47,925 nt of DNA from a virus (taxonomy: Duplodnaviria; Heunggongvirae; Uroviricota; Caudoviricetes). Numbering within the stretch: position 1 is the first letter of the stretch; each line of letters starts with the position of its first letter. Positions 19,547 through 29,559 of the stretch are shown one piece after another. The notes under the pieces are model-generated. The model did no database searches. It worked only from the letters and a program-made list of their open reading frames with translations, and had not been told where the DNA came from. The stretch lies in the IMG/VR virus record IMGVR_UViG_3300045988_143263; one strand, 5' to 3'. The translations under genes and the position numbers were made by a program.

Positions 19547-20590
19547 TTAAACCACCTTAGCCACCAGATAGGCATCAGCCACACCAGGATTAGGCAGTGG
19601 AGATGACTTCATGGCAACATAACGGCCAGCCGGCTTACGAGTTACCCAGGTGTCTGGAACTCGTGGTGACTCAACAATCGTTAGAGTCTTTTCGGCGTCA
19701 TCTACAAGCTCTACAGCACCATACAGCATCGTTCCTCGACCAGGAGAGCCAAAGAGGATCTTATCTTCCGGTACTAATGGTTCTGGTTTTCCTGTTTTAT
19801 CATTGCGAATAAGTTCGTCGTAACCATAAAAATCGACACCTTCAAGATTGCCATAATGAGTTACGCCTTCTTCTAACTCCTTAGGCTCAATATACCCAAG
19901 CTCTTTTCGGCGATTATCAAGATATTTAGTTACTGCTTCATTTTTAACGAAAGCATCAACAACTTTTGCGCCCATTACGGCAACACGAGGTGTAAAACCT
20001 GAAGTTAGTGATACCCGACGTTTCCAGTTGCGAACATTGACCAACGGATCTGATTTTGCTGCACTCCATAAATCATCACCTGTCAGTTCAAGATATGGTT
20101 TATCTCCTTCCTCTTCAGGCCAAAAATAAACTGTGTCATCCACACCTTCACCAACAATATCAACCTGCCCCGTAAACAAGACTTGTGCACACATCCATTC
20201 TTCACGGCGGTTAACCATTTCATCAAGCTCAAGCAAATCTTTACCTAATTGCTCGGCAGCTCGTTCTGCTGGCGATTTTGCGTTGTAAATATTCTCACCC
20301 GGAAGCCTGTTTAAAAGCAGCTCTGCTGTTGTTACCAAATCAGGTGCAACAAGTGGTGGCTCCAGAGTTCTCGTTACAAAGCCGCGTCGCTCAACGGTTT
20401 TTGAGCCAAAACCTTTACCAACAAACGGAGCCATAGTACGGCCACCGCGAACAAAATCCAGATCAACTTTCTTTGTATTAAAGGTCTGAACACCAGGAAA
20501 AAAGGTACGAAGAAGAAAACGACGAGCCTTGAAATTCTGAATAACAGGCTCAAGCATTGTACGTCGTTCAAAAATATCAATATTCGGCAT
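19547..20590 (-). CDS. major capsid protein (lambda gpE-like)
   Basis: 347 aa; follows a decoration-protein-like gene in lambda head order. Confidence 0.7.
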   Translation of the reverse strand: MPNIDIFERRTMLEPVIQNFKARRFLLRTFFPGVQTFNTKKVDLDFVRGGRTMAPFVGKGFGSKTVERRGFVTRTLEPPLVAPDLVTTAELLLNRLPGENIYNAKSPAERAAEQLGKDLLELDEMVNRREEWMCAQVLFTGQVDIVGEGVDDTVYFWPEEEGDKPYLELTGDDLWSAAKSDPLVNVRNWKRRVSLTSGFTPRVAVMGAKVVDAFVKNEAVTKYLDNRRKELGYIEPKELEEGVTHYGNLEGVDFYGYDELIRNDKTGKPEPLVPEDKILFGSPGRGTMLYGAVELVDDAEKTLTIVESPRVPDTWVTRKPAGRYVAMKSSPLPNPGVADAYLVAKVV

Positions 20591-20610
20591 AAAAATACGA
20601 CCTCTTTATA

Positions 20611-20994
20611 TTATGCAGATGGATTTTGTTGTGCGGTGTTAAGGAATATCCCAACCTTCCGGCAAGCCAGATATACATCGGCAATCTTTGCTGATTCAGG
20701 AAGGATAACCGCATGTGCATTGAACATTCCGGTCAGCCATGCTGTTCCAACTTGCGCTGAATCAGTCGCATCAATACTGTGTTGAGCGATACAATACGGT
20801 TCTTTTGCCACCCCCTCACCAGAGAGATTTATTGGTGCTACAGTGACAACATTTGTTGTCTGATCAATACTGACAAAAGCAAGCAACTCACCTCGATTTA
20901 CTTTACCGCTGGCAAGTTTAATACTTGTTGTAATTGCTGGCATACCACCAGAAATAATCAGATTATCTGGTTCAAATGAAAAAGACTCTCGCAT
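20611..20994 (-). CDS. head decoration protein (lambda gpD-like)
   Basis: 127 aa; located between protease/scaffold and major capsid genes. Confidence 0.55.
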   Translation of the reverse strand: MRESFSFEPDNLIISGGMPAITTSIKLASGKVNRGELLAFVSIDQTTNVVTVAPINLSGEGVAKEPYCIAQHSIDATDSAQVGTAWLTGMFNAHAVILPESAKIADVYLACRKVGIFLNTAQQNPSA

Positions 20995-21003
20995 AAACTC
21001 ACC

Positions 21004-22092
21004 TTAATTTTTATCGCGGTTTTTAAATACTGACCCAATAACATTTTTTACTACTTCAGCTTGTTTATCGCCGTTGTTTTCTGGTTGATTAACATCAACT
21101 GAATCATTCACCTCATTTGCGTCTTCTTGCCGTTGATTAAGAAAGTTTTTGTTACGCGCTCGCTCTGCATTCATAATTTCCAAAGCAAGTTCAGCCGCAG
21201 AAACTCCCGTTTTGAATTTTGCATTCTTAACCAGGTCGTCATGACCTGGAATCACGCTATTCTCGATTGTTTCAATGCGCTCACGTTCTGATTTAACGCC
21301 CTCGTCTTTACCAGCATTAAAAACCTGATTGTATAATTCTGGATGTTTATTTTTTAATTCATCAAGAGTCACAACATCGTCCTCGGTTTGTTCATTTAAT
21401 TCAGTAGATAATTCATTTTTATTTTGTGGCAACTTTGCGAGCGAATCAGGTAATTTTGAAAACCTTGATGCTTCAAAAGTTATTCCATTGAGCGAAAGCA
21501 TCCCTTCCTTTATAGAAGCGGATAAACGCATTGGTTTTTCAACTTCGTCAGCAAACCCAAGCTCAACAGCTTCTTCTGCATTTAGCCAAGTTTCCTGATC
21601 CATTAGTTCAATTAACTTATCTTCAGAAAGTCCTGTCTTCTCCTTATATGCAGATAAAATACTATTTCGTATCTTATCCATCATCTCAGCAATATCACGC
21701 AATTCATCCGCATCCCCCATTGCCCATGTCCACGGATTATGGATCATCATCATAGCATTAGATGGGATAACAACTTTATCACCTGCCATTGCAATAATGG
21801 TTGCAGCCGATGCAGCAATACCATCAATATAAACTGTAATATTAGCCTTATGACGTTTTAATGAAGAAAGAATAGCTTGAGCTGTAAAAACAGAACCACC
21901 ATAACTATTAATTTTTACGTTGATAGCATTTGATGAAATATCCTTTAATTTATTAACTATATCAGAAGAAGAAACCTCATCAAATTCACCAATATACCCG
22001 TATATTAAAAGCTCAGCCGGAGTGTCATCTTCACCCGTGCTATTTTTTATTTCCCACCAATTAGGCATCATCAGTCTCCATATTTTGTTCAT
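21004..22092 (-). CDS. head maturation protease / scaffold (ClpP/S49-type peptidase, lambda gpC-like)
   Basis: 362 aa; ClpP-like core (…KINSYGGSVFTAQAI… IDGIAASAATIIAMAGD…) with a C-terminal charged scaffold-like region. Confidence 0.7.
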   Translation of the reverse strand: MNKIWRLMMPNWWEIKNSTGEDDTPAELLIYGYIGEFDEVSSSDIVNKLKDISSNAINVKINSYGGSVFTAQAILSSLKRHKANITVYIDGIAASAATIIAMAGDKVVIPSNAMMMIHNPWTWAMGDADELRDIAEMMDKIRNSILSAYKEKTGLSEDKLIELMDQETWLNAEEAVELGFADEVEKPMRLSASIKEGMLSLNGITFEASRFSKLPDSLAKLPQNKNELSTELNEQTEDDVVTLDELKNKHPELYNQVFNAGKDEGVKSERERIETIENSVIPGHDDLVKNAKFKTGVSAAELALEIMNAERARNKNFLNQRQEDANEVNDSVDVNQPENNGDKQAEVVKNVIGSVFKNRDKN

Positions 22093-23635
22093 TTACCTCA
22101 GAAACAGGAGGATTAATAAGCCCCAACTCACGGCGAGCATTCTCTTCTCTGCCACAAATTTGTGCGGTTTCTTCCCAGTTAAGACCTGACATTTCAGCCG
22201 CTTCCTTTTCACGGGTAGAGAATGTTTCCTCAACACGCAGTTTTGCAGCTTTGACTTCTTTAAGGGGATCTAATTGGCCTTGTGATGGGCCATACCATTG
22301 AGCGCCACTCCATGCAGCGCGATATTCAGGCCCATAAAAAAAACCAGGGGCAATAACACGACCTTTAGCCACGGCTTCGGCCAACCATTCCTCATAGATC
22401 GGTTGGCAAAATGACTGAACCATCCAGTCACGTCGCATACGGAACATTTTCCAGGCTTCAAGTAATGCGGCCCTGCTTGCGCTATAACTTGCTGTAAAAT
22501 GCTTTACCAAGAGTTCGTAAGGGAGTTCTAAAGCAGCCCCAATTTGACGGCATATGGCGACAACAAAACCATCAAATGCCGTATTTGGTCGCCCGGGATT
22601 TGCTGTATCTATCGACTCACCTTCACCCAAACTTACTATGGAGCCATTCCCCATTTCTTGGGTGTTATCATCATGGTTATCGATCTGCTCGTACTGAGGG
22701 ATACCCGATTCACCGACTGGTCCATCAGGAGCGTCTGTTTTAATAAAGACAGTAAACATCCCTGACACAACCGCAGCAACCAATTCAGCATCGGTGTATC
22801 GTCCTAACTGCTTCAATGCTTCAATTACAGGAGCAAGGACAGGAACGCCACGGCGTTGACCAGGCCTTTCAAAATCCTGCATGACATGCAGAATATTTCT
22901 TCTTCCTGTTTTACTCCCATATGCGGGAATACGTTCCCACTTGCGGGTTACAAAACCAGAAGTCCCGGCTGGGTGATGTTTTGCAACCCAGTACGCCACA
23001 GGCTCGCTAAATTCACCAACCTCTACGCCACCGTAAAGATTTGGTATAAAACGATCCTCTGGATTGCAAACACGATCACCTTCAATTAAATAGACGCACA
23101 AATCATATATAACACCCTTACGCTTAATAACTGGTAGCGCAGCAAATATATCGCCAGATGTTAACGCAGATATTTGGACCAATGATTGCAATTGTCCAAA
23201 AGTACACATTCTTGATGCATCACAATTTGGAGAATCAGCCCATAATCTAAACTCACGCTCAACATGCTTTTCCCATGCTCGCGCTTCTTCCTGCGTCATC
23301 CCCAAGAAATCGGCATCAATGTTCGCATTTAGTTTTAAACCGGAACCAACAACGTTTGTCCTGATAGTTTTTATTGCGCCAACCGATAGCGGGTTTCCCA
23401 TGAAGAGATCACGAGAACGCTCACGCAATTTATCTATATTTTTAACAATATCATCATCAGGAGAACCAGCTTTACTAAACCAACCCCTTAATGATTTTTT
23501 ATGAGTGCTTGCACCATGACGTGAATATCCAAGGTTATTAATACCTTCAAGTGCCTCTAACCGTTTTCTTGCCAAAGCTCGATTTAATGCCCTCTGAGGT
23601 GAAAACGGCGCAATAACTCGATCAAGAATATTCAT
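22061..23635 (-). CDS. portal protein (lambda gpB-like)
   Basis: 524 aa between the W-like gene and the protease. Confidence 0.75.
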   Translation of the reverse strand: MNILDRVIAPFSPQRALNRALARKRLEALEGINNLGYSRHGASTHKKSLRGWFSKAGSPDDDIVKNIDKLRERSRDLFMGNPLSVGAIKTIRTNVVGSGLKLNANIDADFLGMTQEEARAWEKHVEREFRLWADSPNCDASRMCTFGQLQSLVQISALTSGDIFAALPVIKRKGVIYDLCVYLIEGDRVCNPEDRFIPNLYGGVEVGEFSEPVAYWVAKHHPAGTSGFVTRKWERIPAYGSKTGRRNILHVMQDFERPGQRRGVPVLAPVIEALKQLGRYTDAELVAAVVSGMFTVFIKTDAPDGPVGESGIPQYEQIDNHDDNTQEMGNGSIVSLGEGESIDTANPGRPNTAFDGFVVAICRQIGAALELPYELLVKHFTASYSASRAALLEAWKMFRMRRDWMVQSFCQPIYEEWLAEAVAKGRVIAPGFFYGPEYRAAWSGAQWYGPSQGQLDPLKEVKAAKLRVEETFSTREKEAAEMSGLNWEETAQICGREENARRELGLINPPVSEVNEQNMETDDA

Positions 23636-23871
23636 AAATCTCTTATCACCACTCGTTTAATTCGTGGGCCTCGGCGTATACCTGCTGATAATCTTTCTAC
23701 TTCATTACGCCAGTAATCCATCTCTTTTCTGACTTCTGATAAATCCGCACGAGTTAACTGCCGCGTACCAAATTTATATGACTGACCGCCAATAGCAATA
23801 GCGCGATATGCTTCCCGCCAGACAGATAACATCTCTCTGGCTTCAGTCAGAGAAAATGCTTCATTGTTCAT
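23632..23871 (-). CDS. head-tail joining protein (lambda gpW-like)
   Basis: 79 aa; position between terminase large subunit and portal. Confidence 0.5.
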   Translation of the reverse strand: MNNEAFSLTEAREMLSVWREAYRAIAIGGQSYKFGTRQLTRADLSEVRKEMDYWRNEVERLSAGIRRGPRIKRVVIRDL

Positions 23872-23882
23872 TTATATTTCCT

Positions 23883-25739
23883 CTATATGGTTACGCCTTT
23901 ACTTATAACTCTACGGCGTCTTCTACGTATACCTGACGAGTTCTGCACATACACATTACCTCGCATTTCCTGTTCGGCAAGCCAGTTAAAATTAGGGTTC
24001 AGAATTTCCATCGCGGCAGTTGCATAGTTACGGCAATCAAGAGGCTCGTTACGCTCGTAGACTTTCACCCACTTTTCTTTTGTCTGCCCATTTTTATATT
24101 CAAATATTTTTTTCTCTGATAATAATCCTTTAAAGTATTCGGTATCATATCCTCTGTCAGAATCTAATGGGAAATGCATATAACCAGGACCAGGATCATG
24201 TAGTTTAATTCTTGCCATGATGGTCCCTTTACCATCATCAACCCCCAAATTAAACAACATAGCCCCCACACGGTTATTATTACTTGGCTTTCCTATAAAT
24301 GGTAAACCTACCCCACCACGCCCCCTGATAGAGTATATTCGCCTTGATTCTCTCGGCTTAGTAAAGCGATATACTTCTGTCGTAAAATGCCCACCAGAGT
24401 CAATACAAACGGAAGAAATCTGTAATTTTCGACCGTCACGGAATGACCAGCTACGGAGTAAGTATTCATCAAGTTGTTTCCAGACAACATCTTGTGCGGG
24501 ATCACCTGGGAATATTTTATATTCTATCCCCCATGACTCCTTACCTTTTCCCCAACCGACCAATTCACAAACTAAATACGTGTCCTGTACGTCAACACCA
24601 GCACTTAACAATAAAACATCATCTGGTAAAAACTCTTCAAACCTTATTCTGCGTTGCAACAAGTATTCAGGATCGATATCGTCTTTAGCATCCTCTTTCC
24701 ATGGCTCACCCAGCTTAAGGTTAATAAACTCCATTAATCCATTTTTATCGCGGTTTCTGGTTGCTTCCGTAAATTCTTCAACCAGCTCTGACAATGCAAC
24801 CCACGGGGAGTAAAGACTGTTAATATGAAAACCAACAATACCTTTAACTCCAGTATGTTCAGCTATCCATACCCCCTTCGCCAACCAATCAACGTCTGGT
24901 TTACCAGATCCGCGCATAATCCCGCCGCACTCACAGCACTCATATCTGGCCGTTTCCGGTAACGCCTCACCTGAATCGCTCTTATCCCATCTGACTTGCG
25001 ACCATTTCATCACCTGCATGGTGCCACAACATGGGCAAGGAACATGGTAGTAACGCTGATCGGAGAGCTTAAACCACTTGTGGATTTTGCTCGTTTCCTC
25101 CAAAACAGGAGTAGAAACAAAAACTTTCTTACGATTATGAAAGTTGGTAGTACGCTGAATACCTAGTTTTAGTGGGTCGCCCTCCTGCGTCACACCGTAA
25201 CGATCAATCTCATCAGCTAACAGTATTCGAATTGGCCTGGATGCAAGACCTGCTGGGGAATTAGCACCAACAAGTGCTATATATCCACCAGCGTAATGCT
25301 TCATACGTATAGTCGTGCTGGACTTTTTGGCTGCACCGCGCCCCTCTTTCCCTTCATGCAGCTTGTGTTTCAAACCAGGGGAATATTTGAACGTCGGATC
25401 AATACGCTCTTTTGAAAAAGCCTCAGCCGCCTCTACCGTTGGATAAATCATCAACTGAGGAGATGGCTCCTGATCTGCAAAGTAACCCATAACATTTAGC
25501 TGTAATTCGGATTTACCAATTTGCGAGCTACATTGCATCACTACTGTTTCTGTATCAGCGTCACCAATAACATCCATTGGTTCACGCAAATATGGCACTC
25601 GGCTTGTACGCCACGGCCCTGGCTCTGGAGACGTTCCCGGCGCTACATGACGATACTTATCAGCCCATTCGGAAACAGTTAGCCGTGATTTAGGGCGAAG
25701 CGCACGGAAAAAAGCGGTGCTCCATACTGTTTCGCCCAT
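23883..25739 (-). CDS. terminase large subunit (lambda gpA-like)
   Basis: 618 aa; terminase-like ATPase/nuclease character; follows the small-subunit gene. Confidence 0.85.
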   Translation of the reverse strand: MGETVWSTAFFRALRPKSRLTVSEWADKYRHVAPGTSPEPGPWRTSRVPYLREPMDVIGDADTETVVMQCSSQIGKSELQLNVMGYFADQEPSPQLMIYPTVEAAEAFSKERIDPTFKYSPGLKHKLHEGKEGRGAAKKSSTTIRMKHYAGGYIALVGANSPAGLASRPIRILLADEIDRYGVTQEGDPLKLGIQRTTNFHNRKKVFVSTPVLEETSKIHKWFKLSDQRYYHVPCPCCGTMQVMKWSQVRWDKSDSGEALPETARYECCECGGIMRGSGKPDVDWLAKGVWIAEHTGVKGIVGFHINSLYSPWVALSELVEEFTEATRNRDKNGLMEFINLKLGEPWKEDAKDDIDPEYLLQRRIRFEEFLPDDVLLLSAGVDVQDTYLVCELVGWGKGKESWGIEYKIFPGDPAQDVVWKQLDEYLLRSWSFRDGRKLQISSVCIDSGGHFTTEVYRFTKPRESRRIYSIRGRGGVGLPFIGKPSNNNRVGAMLFNLGVDDGKGTIMARIKLHDPGPGYMHFPLDSDRGYDTEYFKGLLSEKKIFEYKNGQTKEKWVKVYERNEPLDCRNYATAAMEILNPNFNWLAEQEMRGNVYVQNSSGIRRRRRRVISKGVTI

Positions 25740-25744
25740 GAGGT

Positions 25745-26305
25745 TTATTCTTCCTGCTTAATAAATCGGGATTCCTGGAGCGCCTGAAGCGCAAAATTAA
25801 TCTCGTCTTCAATAATGCGTTCGATCTCCCTGGCTGTTTTACCTTCACAACGGGGAGCTGCTCTTGGAGCAATACTAAATAAGCGGCTACGCAATTCATT
25901 AGCTGCCAGAAATGCATCATCCCTGACCGCATCTTTAGCGATGAGAGAGCCTTCCTTTTCTTCAAATTCAAGGCGTTTCAGCTTTGCCTGATAAATTTTT
26001 TCTGCGGTCTTAGCCTTGTTGAATTGCACCGCAACACCGGAAGTACCACCAGCTAATCCGGCATCATCAGCGGGTAACTCTGGTTGTTCCGAAGATATCC
26101 CATGCCCTCTTTTTCCGTTTTCAGCAGATACCTCACGACCAACCTGTCGGCTCGCTTCATAAGCCGCACTTGCTTTATCAAAATCCAGCTTGCCGCTTTT
26201 CAGCACTGGAATGCGACCGGAACGACAGAGCTTCGTAACCATTGCCGGAGAAATACCTTTCCGGCGGGCAAACTCTGACTTACTGACGATGGCCATTACT
26301 TGCAA
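25745..26305 (-). CDS. terminase small subunit (Nu1-like, N-terminal HTH)
   Basis: 186 aa; N-terminus SKSEFARRKGISPAMVTKLCRSGRIPV resembles the Nu1 HTH. Confidence 0.5.
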   Translation of the reverse strand: MQVMAIVSKSEFARRKGISPAMVTKLCRSGRIPVLKSGKLDFDKASAAYEASRQVGREVSAENGKRGHGISSEQPELPADDAGLAGGTSGVAVQFNKAKTAEKIYQAKLKRLEFEEKEGSLIAKDAVRDDAFLAANELRSRLFSIAPRAAPRCEGKTAREIERIIEDEINFALQALQESRFIKQEE

Positions 26306-26886
26306 CCATTAGCAAGATACTGAACAAATCCCTCATGCGTTTCATGCGCGTCGTGGTACTGACGATAAACATCCAGCAACAATGCAATTTCCATATCCGT
26401 CGCGGGAATACGTTCTTTATCAATAGCCAGGTACTTAATTTGAACAACAGGGGAAGAATTATCGTCTTCTTCCTGCGGCTGTTCATCGCTTAACATTTCG
26501 TCAAGCTCTGCATCATTAAACCCAAGCAGATCAATATCAAAATCATCATCCATTAACTCTTTGACTTCTTCGGCCAGAAGCTGCATATCCCAGCCAGCAT
26601 TTAAGGCCAGCTTGTTATCTGCAATCCTGTAAGCCTTCTTCTGTTTTTCAGAAAGGTTACTCAACCGAATCGCCGGAACTTTATCCATTTCCAGAATTTC
26701 GGCTGCTGCAAGCCGACCATGCCCCGCAATCAGTTCATTCTTTTCATCGATCAGCACAGGATTAGTGAAACCGAACTCACGGATACTGTTCACCAACTGT
26801 TCAACTTGCTCATCTGAATGAGTCCGTGAATTTTTGGCATATCTGAGCAGCTTACCGACTGGTAAATATTCGATTTTTAGAGCCAT
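26296..26886 (-). CDS. ParB-like nuclease domain protein
   Basis: 196 aa; ParB N-terminal motif NPVLIDEKNELIAGHGR; paralogue of 29553..30176. Confidence 0.7.
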   Translation of the reverse strand: MALKIEYLPVGKLLRYAKNSRTHSDEQVEQLVNSIREFGFTNPVLIDEKNELIAGHGRLAAAEILEMDKVPAIRLSNLSEKQKKAYRIADNKLALNAGWDMQLLAEEVKELMDDDFDIDLLGFNDAELDEMLSDEQPQEEDDNSSPVVQIKYLAIDKERIPATDMEIALLLDVYRQYHDAHETHEGFVQYLANGCK

Positions 26887-27443
26887 TTTTTAACCGCCAT
26901 AACACAACAGGTTAAAGAAAACTGTTTAACTTATTGATACTAAAAGAGAAAAATGACGATCTTTTTACTCATAAAAAATCACACAAACCAGCATAATTAT
27001 CTGATTTTATTAAGTTTTTATAAGTAAAAAGGATCTTGCGATGGTGTTTTGGTTAAAAGATTGGATGTATTTGCATGATTTATAACGATTTTTATCAGAA
27101 CAACATCACATTGGTTAAAGATCTGCGCGTATCTTGATGATCTAAAAGAAAATTTTCTACTTTCTTTTTACCAGCACAAATACAGCAAAAAATCACGTTT
27201 TCCCGATATTTTTCAATGAGATGAGTAAATTTCTTTTACCGCAACTTTTAACCTAACTTTTTTCACGTTTAGCTAGCCGAACATCGGGGTTCGAATGACC
27301 CGCATCCAACGCTTTTGGCCAGAAGGACCCAATTCTGCCGGACGATGAAACGATGCTCGTGCTCCCCCACAGACAGCCAGCGAGCGACGCTACAGAACAC
27401 AGTGAATACACTCTGCATAACAACACCATCAACCACACGATGA

Positions 27444-28163
27444 TTAACGAGAGAAGGTCTTAGAAAGAATGTCATCAATAGCCTTTGTGACTTCATCAGC
27501 AAACGCATCCTCACCAGCACGCAGCGCCACGCCATGCCAATCAAGACGCTGCGAATAGTTAGGTTGCTGGATAAACGTAAGGATCAACGTAGGACGCCGC
27601 CCAACGCGCTGCCAGACACCTGGTTGAAGCGGGTTACTTGTACCAGGTCGAACAACAAAAAACTCCGTAGGCTTGCCCTGACGGCGATTTTGATGCGCAT
27701 CTCGCTGAACTCTTAGGCCAGATAAGACCTGCTGTAATTGCCCCCGCGAAATATTCCCATATTTGTCCAGCTTTGCGCCGGGACCAGGAGCAAGCTGCCA
27801 GCCGTTAGGCAAATATCCACCAGCCCTTAGCGCCCCTTCTGAGCGTTTGTACTGTCGTTGGCCACCTTCGATTTGCGGGGTCAACGTTACAGGGGCTGGC
27901 GTTCCTCCCCATTCACGAGCATACACAATGGCTGTAGGATCGCTCTTCTTTGCGGCCAAAACGTAAGTAGAGTTCTGAATCCACGGCGTGGGCCTGTCAA
28001 ATACCCGATTAATTTCATTCTTAATCGCAGCCTGAGAAGCCTTTGCCGTTCTGGTTGCCGCAAGCGCCATTGCGAACGGCAATTCGCGTTCTTCAAGGCG
28101 CTGGAGTTGTCGTTGAATATCCTGAGAAGAAAAATCCATCTTTATCTCAATTCTGTCAGCCAC
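27444..28163 (-). CDS. hypothetical protein
   Basis: 239-aa ORF between two ParB-domain genes; Gly/Pro/Gln-rich, no family recognised. Confidence 0.35.
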   Translation of the reverse strand: MADRIEIKMDFSSQDIQRQLQRLEERELPFAMALAATRTAKASQAAIKNEINRVFDRPTPWIQNSTYVLAAKKSDPTAIVYAREWGGTPAPVTLTPQIEGGQRQYKRSEGALRAGGYLPNGWQLAPGPGAKLDKYGNISRGQLQQVLSGLRVQRDAHQNRRQGKPTEFFVVRPGTSNPLQPGVWQRVGRRPTLILTFIQQPNYSQRLDWHGVALRAGEDAFADEVTKAIDDILSKTFSR

Positions 28164-28179
28164 CAGCGCCTCCTACAGA

Positions 28180-29559
28180 CTACTTAATCAACGGCCGGAA
28201 AGCCGCCAGCACATCATCAGATCGTCCGATTGTTGAACCACCAGGCAACGGCAACTCAAACTCAAAACGAACAGCTTTCTCCAGACTCGCCCAACTAAGG
28301 GAATCATCGTTAATGACGTGCAAATACCAGCTCTTACAGTTGAATATTGACCGCTTAATCCTGAAACCATGTACACGGCACAACTGCTTCACTTCATCAT
28401 CAGAGTGAAACTTCTGGTAAAACCAGTGCCCCTTCCGGTACAACGCGGTAAAACCGTTATGATCAATAAAATAAAGCCGGCTTTTGGAACTCGCCGCTTG
28501 TGTTTGCTTCAGGACTGTTTCCAGCTCTCCACGGCTACGACCAGAAAAGAATATTGACCCACCAGCTTTACACAGGCCTTTCAGAACCGTCAGAACGGAC
28601 CATTCAGCCTCGACACTATCGACCGAGTTCAAAACGCTATCGCAAATCACGTAGTCGTAACGCCCTCGCGTTTTTAAGTCGTCCACCAGCGTATCAATCA
28701 TCCGGTTTGTTGCGGTCCTATCCAGAGTGTTTCCAGCGCCCTTACGGCGAAAAAGCTCGAGATCATGCAGGTTATATCCCTTTGCCCTGAGCATTCGCGC
28801 GTAGTCTCCCTGCCCCGAACCAAAATCAATTCCTCTTGGCGTCTTGGCAATGATCGGGAGGATCAACGACTCATACAGATTTGATTTCAGGCTGCCACCA
28901 TTACGCAACCGCATAAGCTGCGCATACGTCTGGATATATGTTGTTTTCTCCAGATGAGAATACTCAAATACACCATAAGTTTTATTCAGATAACTTTGGT
29001 ATTTTTCCTTCTCAACATCAGGGATCACAAACACCGTTAGCGGTGTGCGCGTCATTTTCGCTGCTAATGCATACTGAGCACAGTGAATAACCTCACCAGA
29101 CTGAGTAGCAACACAACCACCCCACGGACCATACTTGATAACCAGTTCCGCTATGTTCTTTCGAACATATGCCATTTTCGCGCGCATATTGCCTGAGATC
29201 TGGCTTGCCGATACCTGAACAAAACCATGCTTATCTTCCAGACCGGACACCCTGCAACGCTCATCTCCGCTATCAAAATCCGTTCCGTTATGCAGTTGGT
29301 TAAACCGTACTTCATCGTATACCGTCGTTTCACAGGGCAACACATACACCGCAGCACGCGTTATTCCCAACTTACGTAGCGCCTTCGTCCTTTGGTGTCC
29401 CGCCACCAGCAAATCGCCGCGCACTATCAATGGCTTCACAAGCCCCAGCTCCCTGACGCTTTCCGCCAGCCTCGCAAGATCATCCTCACCGATAAAACGC
29501 GGGTTATATTCCGCGCCGCGTAGGTGCGTTATGTCGTAATTCAGGTGAAGCATCAGCAC
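28180..29559 (-). CDS. ParB-like N-terminal domain fused to a class I SAM-dependent methyltransferase (putative DNA methyltransferase)
   Basis: 459 aa; N-terminal ParB-like segment (…LIVRGDLLVAGHQR…) and methyltransferase motif I IDFGSGQGDY. Confidence 0.6.
   Translation of the reverse strand: MLMLHLNYDITHLRGAEYNPRFIGEDDLARLAESVRELGLVKPLIVRGDLLVAGHQRTKALRKLGITRAAVYVLPCETTVYDEVRFNQLHNGTDFDSGDERCRVSGLEDKHGFVQVSASQISGNMRAKMAYVRKNIAELVIKYGPWGGCVATQSGEVIHCAQYALAAKMTRTPLTVFVIPDVEKEKYQSYLNKTYGVFEYSHLEKTTYIQTYAQLMRLRNGGSLKSNLYESLILPIIAKTPRGIDFGSGQGDYARMLRAKGYNLHDLELFRRKGAGNTLDRTATNRMIDTLVDDLKTRGRYDYVICDSVLNSVDSVEAEWSVLTVLKGLCKAGGSIFFSGRSRGELETVLKQTQAASSKSRLYFIDHNGFTALYRKGHWFYQKFHSDDEVKQLCRVHGFRIKRSIFNCKSWYLHVINDDSLSWASLEKAVRFEFELPLPGGSTIGRSDDVLAAFRPLIK

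Noticed and set aside
24217-24813. 198-aa plus-strand ORF inside the terminase large-subunit gene
   Set aside because: Antisense to a confidently called gene; Ser/Pro-rich low-complexity translation.
27270-27300. tRNA-like GGGGTTCGAATGACCC fragment
   Set aside because: Only a TΨC-arm-like motif is present; no acceptor, D or anticodon arms could be folded, so neither a tRNA nor a confident att core can be claimed.
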